Origin: Candidatus Latescibacterota bacterium
GTDB taxonomy: Bacteria; Latescibacterota; UBA2968; GCA-2709665
Direction of reading: 5' to 3'
Assembly (NCBI GenBank): GCA_965219455.1
Contig: OZ244744.1
Span: 4,224,001 to 4,288,000 of the forward strand
Length of the DNA stretch: 64,000 nucleotides
The position numbers and the translations under genes are program-made. Each line of letters begins with the position of its first letter. Within the stretch, counting starts at the first letter, position 1. A model generated the notes under the pieces. That model made no database searches and was not told the DNA's origin. It saw only the letters and a list, made by a program, of their open reading frames with translations. This document shows positions 57,164-64,000 of the stretch, in pieces.

Positions 57164-57583
57164 TTACTTTGGCTTTGACGGTCGGGATTGGGGCCGGATC
57201 GACTCCTTGAGTTGTCGGACAGGCGGCGTCTTGGGTACACGCAACTTGTAGTCTATGGATGGGTCGGGTTTCGCAATGGGCATGTTGTATGCAAACCCTG
57301 AGCCCGGGCTGACAAGCGGCATGTTGTCCAGCGGCGATCGTCGGACCAACAGGCGCTCAAGTGCGAGCTCGATTATTGCATGTCGTTTCTGTAGGTCCCG
57401 GTTTTGCATTTGTCTCTGTCTCAGTCGTTTCAGCAGTTCCGGAAGGGATAAACCATCCGAACGTTGTAATGGCTGTTTTTTCAGTGAATCGGCCGGCGCC
57501 GGCGGCACTCCTCCTGCCGGATCCGCGAAAAAATGTACAAAGATAACGAAGGAGAGGGCGCGGAAGAAGGGTCCGGGCATCAT
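57164..57583 (-). CDS. Hypothetical secreted protein
   Basis: AGGAGG ribosome-binding site, signal-like N-terminus, repeated NMP motif (DNMPLV, YNMPIA). Confidence 0.6.
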   Translation of the reverse strand: MMPGPFFRALSFVIFVHFFADPAGGVPPAPADSLKKQPLQRSDGLSLPELLKRLRQRQMQNRDLQKRHAIIELALERLLVRRSPLDNMPLVSPGSGFAYNMPIAKPDPSIDYKLRVPKTPPVRQLKESIRPQSRPSKPK

Positions 57584-57722
57584 TGACGCCTCCTGCAGAA
57601 AATGGAGGGTTGATGAGGCAGAACAACTCTGAAACGCTCAGGTTCGTTCGACGTTCCCGATGCAGTGGTTCGAAACGCCCGCAATCTCCAGGCGCATTGG
57701 GACGCGCGGCCTGTTCCGATGG

Positions 57723-60485
57723 TCAGGATGTCTCGGACCAGGCCATCCACGTCTCTCCGGCGCGGATATCGTAACCCCTGTCACCACGTCGGGTGACCAA
57801 TACAGGACGACCTTCGAACTCGGTGAGCCCGAGAACAGGGTAAGCGCGGATCATCTGCCGGCTGTCGGTAACGAAGATGTGTTTACCCTCCAACTCGCGC
57901 AACGTGGTCGCCTCGCCAAGGGTCACCAGTTCGGATTCCTTTTCGGTCACAAAGGTTTCCAGGACGGGACCGGACAGCGCCGCGAATTCGTGCTCGAGGG
58001 CGACGTCGCCATGTTGAAGACGTGTGCCCCCCACGAGCCAGGCATCTTTACTCGAGATGAGACCGAATCGGCCATTGAAACTCAGCGGATATTCTTCCGG
58101 CACAATGGCTTCGGGGGTCTTTCCGGATCCGGCGCTGATTATGAGATCTTTCCCTGAGTTGGTGGTGACTTCAACGACGGTTGCGAGGGTGGTCCGGTCC
58201 CGGTAGAGGATGCGTACGGATCTGACGGCGTTCCCATTGCAATACACCGTAACGAAGGTACTGACGCCGTTGTTCCGACGTCGCACAAGGTAAGGTGTGG
58301 TGGCGCCCATGTCGCGGGCCTTTCGCTGGCCGAATCCCTGGCCGACAAAGACCTGTTCGTGTTCACAGGCAGGAATGTGTACACGGAATGGCTTCCCGTT
58401 GCCGGGCGTCCACGCGGCGGACCAGGGAGATTTTGATCCACCTGTGCGGATCCGCGTGAGATCGTAAAATTCTGCGTTCGTCGGGCTGGTTTGGATGCCG
58501 GAGAGCGCGAGCGAGCGGTCCGGTCCGTGCATGACCCAATCGTGTCTGGTGCCTCCGTTGACGCGAAAGATATCCACAATGTATTCGGCTTGTCCGCTGC
58601 CGACGGTGGCGATTGTCCGGCAGTAGATCGAGGTGCCCGGGTAGACGTTTGAAGAGGCCTCCATCACCTTCGCGTGCGGACATGCCGAAAAGAGGTGGAA
58701 GGTCGCCCGGCGGCTGCGTGTCGTCTGTTCTTCGCCGTCTACCACCACCAGATTGTGGGCAAGGGTGCGGTTGACTCCGTAACGGAGGTCTTCCATATCC
58801 CAGAGATAGCCAAGGTCGGTGAGCAGTTCACGACCCTCTCTCCAGTAGTAGAGATTGAGATGGTCGTGGTGGTGGTGGCCTTTCCAGTCTGCGCCATAGA
58901 GGATGACCGCAGCGCTGTTTCCCCTGTGGCCCGTGCGCTGGGTTCCGACGTTCAGGTGGGGCCCGAGGTCATCCACGAACCGCGGCGGTTGTTCCGGCAG
59001 TACAACAGGCTCTCGGTAGAACGCGGCCGCCGTGTCCAGGTTGCCGCCGTACCAGAACTGTGCAATTCGGCCCGCGTAACAGCGATCCAGCTTCGCGATG
59101 TCGCGTTGAAGCAGGCGATGGTTTTCCGAAGGGTAATTTCGTGCGAGGATGTCGGCGAACATAGCGGACATGTGGCAGGGTAACCGGTTGTCGGCAAGCA
59201 GAGGATAGTTCTGATCCGGCAGCAGAGGACGGGCCATGTTCTGCCATACTGCACGGTAGCGCGGCCACCTGTAGAGGTCCACCCGGTCCAGCGGCGCAGG
59301 CGGAAAATCGACGCCATCCGGATCCGAGTAGCGCTTGAGGGCTTCGGCGATGCGCCAGATGCCGGAGAGCATCATGCCGGCGTACCCAATGGATTCCGGT
59401 GTTCCACCATCCGGCAGCCACCAGTCCCGTACGGCCCTCACAAAGCCGTCCAGGCCGAAACGGATCAGAAGCGGGTCGCCGCAGACGATTCCGATCAGGC
59501 CGACGGCGCACCGGTTCATTCCGGTCTTGTTGTTAATGACGTCGTCCGAGAAAAGCATCACGGCCGCGTCGAGAAGCAGGTCGTGCTCGATGTGCCGTTT
59601 TTCCGCGTCTGGCAGGGTTTCGGCAACCAGATCGTAGGCGAGGATGAGTTTTTGCAGGGATGTGCCTTCCATCCCTCCGGAGGAACCCCAGCGCAGTACG
59701 GCCCAGTATCCGGGATGCAGTTTTCGGTTCGGTGTATTGCCTGGAGGGCACCACTCGTCTTCGGGCAGATTATCCACCCGGGTTGCAGCGATCTTCGGAT
59801 CGAAATCAGCAATGTCGCCGTATGAGGAATGTACGAGATACACGGGATGGACGTCGGCAAACCGCTTCAGGATGATTGCGGCGCCGGTCGCATAATTTCG
59901 TCTTCCCGTCAGGGCGTAGGCCAGCGCCAGGTCTTCGGCGGTGTTGGCCGCGTGCCGGCACCGATGTATGCGAGCGTGGCCGGAGAAGCTGGAGTGGATG
60001 GCGGCATATCCGTATGCTTCCCAGGATTTCCCACCGTAGAGTGTAATTTTCTGCCGGGGGTCGAAACGGCTTTCGAAAACCACGTCTTCCGGATAGTCTT
60101 CGTTGGGATACACGGTGTCGCAGCCCTTGCATCGGATGTGCGTTGGATCACTGGGAAGCCAGTCGTAAGCGCCGTGCATCGGCGCGAACTCGCACTTCGG
60201 ACACATGGTGAAATGCGGTGAGTATGGGGTGGTTGACGGAACATAGGTCCGCGCCCACGCCTTGGAAACCGTACCGGCTGCTTCGACTCGCTCCAGAAGC
60301 ATCTCCAGGGCTCTTCGCGCCCACGGGTGGCGGGAGGTATTCACCCTGGCGCGGTCAATATCGCCCGGTGAGAATATGGTCGCGGGATGTCGGACGTGAG
60401 ACCGGTACTGTTGCCATCGGCTCGGATCCTGCATCTCCTGAATATCAAATTCACCATGCCAGGTTTCAAGCCAGTCGTTTAACAC
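57723..60485 (-). CDS. Heparinase II/III-family (polysaccharide lyase-like) protein
   Basis: LALAYALTG, DGGTPESIGY, GHHHHDHLNL, DLGY, TLAHNLVVVDG, YIVDIFRV; CxxC pairs in the N-terminal part. Confidence 0.8.
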   Translation of the reverse strand: MLNDWLETWHGEFDIQEMQDPSRWQQYRSHVRHPATIFSPGDIDRARVNTSRHPWARRALEMLLERVEAAGTVSKAWARTYVPSTTPYSPHFTMCPKCEFAPMHGAYDWLPSDPTHIRCKGCDTVYPNEDYPEDVVFESRFDPRQKITLYGGKSWEAYGYAAIHSSFSGHARIHRCRHAANTAEDLALAYALTGRRNYATGAAIILKRFADVHPVYLVHSSYGDIADFDPKIAATRVDNLPEDEWCPPGNTPNRKLHPGYWAVLRWGSSGGMEGTSLQKLILAYDLVAETLPDAEKRHIEHDLLLDAAVMLFSDDVINNKTGMNRCAVGLIGIVCGDPLLIRFGLDGFVRAVRDWWLPDGGTPESIGYAGMMLSGIWRIAEALKRYSDPDGVDFPPAPLDRVDLYRWPRYRAVWQNMARPLLPDQNYPLLADNRLPCHMSAMFADILARNYPSENHRLLQRDIAKLDRCYAGRIAQFWYGGNLDTAAAFYREPVVLPEQPPRFVDDLGPHLNVGTQRTGHRGNSAAVILYGADWKGHHHHDHLNLYYWREGRELLTDLGYLWDMEDLRYGVNRTLAHNLVVVDGEEQTTRSRRATFHLFSACPHAKVMEASSNVYPGTSIYCRTIATVGSGQAEYIVDIFRVNGGTRHDWVMHGPDRSLALSGIQTSPTNAEFYDLTRIRTGGSKSPWSAAWTPGNGKPFRVHIPACEHEQVFVGQGFGQRKARDMGATTPYLVRRRNNGVSTFVTVYCNGNAVRSVRILYRDRTTLATVVEVTTNSGKDLIISAGSGKTPEAIVPEEYPLSFNGRFGLISSKDAWLVGGTRLQHGDVALEHEFAALSGPVLETFVTEKESELVTLGEATTLRELEGKHIFVTDSRQMIRAYPVLGLTEFEGRPVLVTRRGDRGYDIRAGETWMAWSETS

Positions 60486-60595
60486 GCAAATATCCCTCTA
60501 TTGTGTTATTACAGGACTGAATATCCCTATAATGTAGCGGGAGGCTTCGCGGCCCTTGCGCGGTACGGAGCAGGCGCTCGTGATATCCTTCTACG

Positions 60596-62293
60596 CTACG
60601 TGCTGCCGGCGTCCGGTCTGAACCTGATCCCGGGGCGCGCCGGGCCACCGGCAACGGCAACGGGCGACCCGTCGGCGCGCCAGCATGCGGCGCCTGTGAT
60701 GATCCCGGTGCCGTGATTGTAGACGATGCCGTTCATCCCTCCAGCCACCGTGTTTACTTCGCGAATGTCGTGACCGCGGCGAATGAGCCGGGTTCTTACG
60801 GTCTGAGGGATGGCGGGTTCGACTTCCAGTTCCTGGCCCTGGGTCCAGACTCTGGGGGCTTCAACGGCTTCCTGCAGGGTCATTCCGTGGTCAATGAGGT
60901 TGACAAGTGCCTGCAGTACGGCCGGGAAGATGCGTACACCGCCGGGGGTGCCCAGTGCGATATGGGGGTCGCCGTTTCTGGTTACAATGGTGGGCGCGTT
61001 GCTGCTGAGCATACGCCGGTTGGATCCGACTGAGTTGGACAAACCGGGGTGGGGGTCGAAAAGGGCCATATTGTTGTTCAGGAGCAGGCCCGTCCCCGGG
61101 GCAACGACCTTACAGCCGAATCCTTCGTTTATGGTCTGGGTCATGGCGGCCATGTTGCCGGCCGCATCTGCGGTGGTCACATGGGTGGTACACACGGATT
61201 CGGATGAGGGCGGAATGCCGGCGGCGGGACGGGTCGCTTCTGCCAGGTCGATATCCGTGCGTCTTTGCTCTCCGTAGGTTTTCGATACCAGCCAGTCTAC
61301 CGGCACGTCAATATGTTCCGGGTCGCCCATGTATTTCGTACGGTCGGCAAAGGCGACCTTAAAGCATTCGGCGAGGACGTGAATGGAGTCCGCTGTGCCG
61401 AACCCGAGGTCGGCAATGTTGAACCCCTCGAGCAGATTGAGGATTTGAAGAATGTGTACGCCACCGGAGCAGGGTGGAGACGGTACAATGAGTTCATATC
61501 CACGGTATGTTCCCCTGATCGCCCTGCGCCGGACGGCGCGATAGGCGCCGAGATCTTCCATGGAAAGGATGCCGCCGCTCTGTCGGACGTGGTCGACTAT
61601 AGTCTGGCCAAGTGGGCCGTTGTAGAGTACGTCCGGACCGCCATCGGCGATGTCGCGCAGGGAAGCGGCGAGGTCGGGTTGAACAAGGCGGGTTCCCTGT
61701 GCGAGCGGGCGCCCGTGGGGCAGAAAAATGCGGGCCGTTTCAGGAAATCTACTGAGGTAACTCTCATTCTGTGCCACGGATTCGGCCAGGTAACGACTGA
61801 CGGGAAACCCGTTTTCGGCAACCTGGACGGCCGGTTGAAGGACGGTCTTCAGGTCCAGGACACCCCAGCGCCTGAGCGCCTCGCACCAACCCTTCAGCGC
61901 GCCCGGAACACCGGTGGCCAGCGGGCCGATCCTGTTCGCGTCGTTTTCGGCACGCATGTAATCCGGCCAGGTGTCGGAGACAGGCGCATACATGTCGGAC
62001 GTCGCCGCGGCGGGCGCGCAGGCGTAGGCGTCGAGGATGACGGGCGTGCCGTCGGCAAGGCGAATATTGATCCAGCCCGCGCCGAAGAGACCCACCATCT
62101 GAGGTTCGACCACGTTGAGGGCGAAGAGTGCAGCCACCGCGGCGTCGATGGCGTTCCCACCCAGCGCGAGCATCTGCGCGCCGGCCGCGGACCCGATCGG
62201 GTTGTTGGCGGCAACCACGCCGCGCGATCCGGATGCCGGCTGTTTTTGAACTTCAAAGGGTGTACCGGCATTATTTCGCCAATTTGCGGGCAT
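60596..62293 (-). CDS. ggt: Gamma-glutamyltransferase family protein
   Basis: GGNAIDAAVA, VVEPQ, GVPG, nucleophile motif TTHVT, TQTIN..FG, LLNNNM, GTPGG. Confidence 0.9.
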   Translation of the reverse strand: MPANWRNNAGTPFEVQKQPASGSRGVVAANNPIGSAAGAQMLALGGNAIDAAVAALFALNVVEPQMVGLFGAGWINIRLADGTPVILDAYACAPAAATSDMYAPVSDTWPDYMRAENDANRIGPLATGVPGALKGWCEALRRWGVLDLKTVLQPAVQVAENGFPVSRYLAESVAQNESYLSRFPETARIFLPHGRPLAQGTRLVQPDLAASLRDIADGGPDVLYNGPLGQTIVDHVRQSGGILSMEDLGAYRAVRRRAIRGTYRGYELIVPSPPCSGGVHILQILNLLEGFNIADLGFGTADSIHVLAECFKVAFADRTKYMGDPEHIDVPVDWLVSKTYGEQRRTDIDLAEATRPAAGIPPSSESVCTTHVTTADAAGNMAAMTQTINEGFGCKVVAPGTGLLLNNNMALFDPHPGLSNSVGSNRRMLSSNAPTIVTRNGDPHIALGTPGGVRIFPAVLQALVNLIDHGMTLQEAVEAPRVWTQGQELEVEPAIPQTVRTRLIRRGHDIREVNTVAGGMNGIVYNHGTGIITGAACWRADGSPVAVAGGPARPGIRFRPDAGST

Positions 62294-62373
62294 GTTGACG
62301 ACGCTGTAATTGGAATGCGGCTATCGCGCTGACTGGCGCCGCAGGCACGCCGGAGCGCAGGCGGGGCGGAAAG

Positions 62374-63708
62374 TCAAACCTGGAGTTGACGGGCAAGCGA
62401 CTGAAAGGTCTGCCGGGCTGACGCATTGAGGCCTTCCGCGAAGGGCCCCGGGCCGGTGGTGGTGTAGGTGTTGGCGCGGTCAACTTCATAACCCCCTTCC
62501 GGCAGAAGTTCGTCGGTGGGAAGGTAACCGCGTCCTTCCTGGCAGTAGCCCCAGGCGATCAGGTTCGGGTCGTTGATCCAGGCTCTCACGAGATCAAGCC
62601 ATTCGGCGAGAACTTCGCCTGCAATCCAGGCGACCATATGACCGGCTGAAAGACGTATCAGGCCAACGGGCCAGGGCACCGCCTTGACCGGTGGAATACC
62701 GCTCTCGAGCCGCTCGACCCAGTAGCCGCCCAGATTGCGGTTGAGTACGTCTTCCGAGTTTATCAGCGACCGCCAGTGGTCCACGGGCGGTATTTTCCTC
62801 TGGTCTCTCGGGGCAAGGAAACGTCCCTGAACTGCCGCGATGTCGAGGTCCAACCTTGTGCCTTTGTTGCGGAGTGCACCGACAATATCGCTTGCGAGTT
62901 CCGTTCCGGCAGCCAGCGTGTCGGCGGGCGTGGATTCACGAAACCTTGCCCGATCCAGGTCGGCCAGAACGCGGGGTCGGATGTTGCCCGCAAACCCCTG
63001 AATGAACTGGCAATGGGTGTTGGCGCCGAGTATCGACCGCAGGGTTTTGCGGCAAACGCCGGGATAGTCGGCGGAGATGCCGTCCCAGGCATAACCGTAG
63101 ACGATGACCGGATGGCATCCGTAGCTGAAGACCACACACCGCTCGTCACTCTCCGTCGCTGAAACGTCGACTATCCACAGGTCCGGGTTGTGTGCGCCAT
63201 CCGGGTTGGGACCCATCGCAATCTTACCGGATGGGTCTTTCCTGCGGCGGTTGATGCCAACCGCCGACTCGCCGCGGTATTCGGTTACCGTAACCGGTTG
63301 AAGGTTTCCCACGGCTTCGAGCGCAACGTGGACGATGTTTCGGCACAGGATCTCGTCATACGCCTGGAGTTCGCGCGGTTTGGACACAGGCGTGGCATAA
63401 CCTTCAAATCCGCCCATGGGGCCGCTGTGGGTGTGCGAGAAATTGAGAATAACGGCCTCGATGGGAATACCGGTGAGTGCGGAGAGGTCGTAACGGAGAG
63501 GTTCCGCGACAATCGGCGAGAGTCCAACGAGGTCGACGGAAATCCAGAGTATCCGCTTACCCTCGGGGTCTTCCAGTACCGTGGCCTGTGCGCAGAGCGG
63601 ATCTAGGATGTTCCCGCCAGGTGTAAAGCGAGGGCCGCGTCCTCCCATGGGCAACCCGAGTGGTGGCGTGGTTTCAACTTCCGCCCAACCTGCTCTGGCG
63701 GTGGTCAT
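62374..63708 (-). CDS. Neutral/alkaline ceramidase-superfamily hydrolase
   Basis: TTPPLGLPMGG, SHTHSGP, INRR, YGCHP, SADYPG, GYLPT, EGGYE. Confidence 0.8.
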   Translation of the reverse strand: MTTARAGWAEVETTPPLGLPMGGRGPRFTPGGNILDPLCAQATVLEDPEGKRILWISVDLVGLSPIVAEPLRYDLSALTGIPIEAVILNFSHTHSGPMGGFEGYATPVSKPRELQAYDEILCRNIVHVALEAVGNLQPVTVTEYRGESAVGINRRRKDPSGKIAMGPNPDGAHNPDLWIVDVSATESDERCVVFSYGCHPVIVYGYAWDGISADYPGVCRKTLRSILGANTHCQFIQGFAGNIRPRVLADLDRARFRESTPADTLAAGTELASDIVGALRNKGTRLDLDIAAVQGRFLAPRDQRKIPPVDHWRSLINSEDVLNRNLGGYWVERLESGIPPVKAVPWPVGLIRLSAGHMVAWIAGEVLAEWLDLVRAWINDPNLIAWGYCQEGRGYLPTDELLPEGGYEVDRANTYTTTGPGPFAEGLNASARQTFQSLARQLQV

Positions 63709-63757
63709 GGTGGGCTCCAGTGGTCAATAGGTGGAATGCGGAGTCCCGTGAGAGGGT

Positions 63758-64000
63758 TCACGCAATGCGATACCTGTCGATTTTGTCCCGGTTCAGGCTC
63801 ACGCCCAGCCCCGGTCCGGGGGGCGGCAGAAGATAACCGTCCTCTATAATCAGGGATTTGACGATGACGTCATCCGCGTGATAGACAAAGCCGTTGACGT
63901 CGCTGGCATAGCCCAGGTTTCGCATGGCAAAGGCGAGGTGGGCTTGTGCAGACGTCCCGATGCCGAGTTCAGGCATGCTGCCAATGATGCAGGGTAGCCG
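63758..64000 (-). CDS. Enolase-superfamily enzyme (muconate cycloisomerase/mandelate racemase-like), C-terminal part
   Basis: IIGSMPELGIGTSAQAHLA...PPGPGLGVSLN; the gene starts beyond the window. Confidence 0.8.
   Translation of the reverse strand, partial: RLPCIIGSMPELGIGTSAQAHLAFAMRNLGYASDVNGFVYHADDVIVKSLIIEDGYLLPPPGPGLGVSLNRDKIDRYRIA

Overview
A GC-rich diderm bacterial chromosome segment with about 45 protein genes and one tRNA-Thr(CGT). A GWxTD-like TPR protein, a peptidase/PD40/Omp85 fusion and many orphan lipoproteins suggest an FCB-type lineage such as Latescibacterota; this is inference only. Most content is metabolic or envelope-related. No CRISPR array, prophage or transposase was recognised. 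The notable signals are mostly non-coding or architectural. (1) Three leader-peptide transcription attenuators share one layout (leader ORF, antiterminator, terminator); they lie ahead of an archaeal-type AspRS (Asp/Asn/His-rich leader), an archaeal-type ValRS (Val/Asp/Asn-rich leader) and ilvB (Val/Leu-rich leader). (2) A 168-bp CTAG-bounded miniature inverted-repeat element occurs in at least 5 full or partial copies. (3) An ECF sigma/anti-sigma pair is followed by three Spy/CpxP-like proteins, and its likely promoter motif appears twice. (4) A glycosyltransferase, TolC, nucleotidyltransferase/CDP-alcohol phosphotransferase fusion, MlaC and MMPL form a candidate lipid synthesis and export cluster. 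(5) A short, atypical PurA-like gene is divergent from a LysR regulator. Two genes carry single-base frameshifts and several gene remnants are present. All product calls rest on motif recognition by eye; no searches were run.
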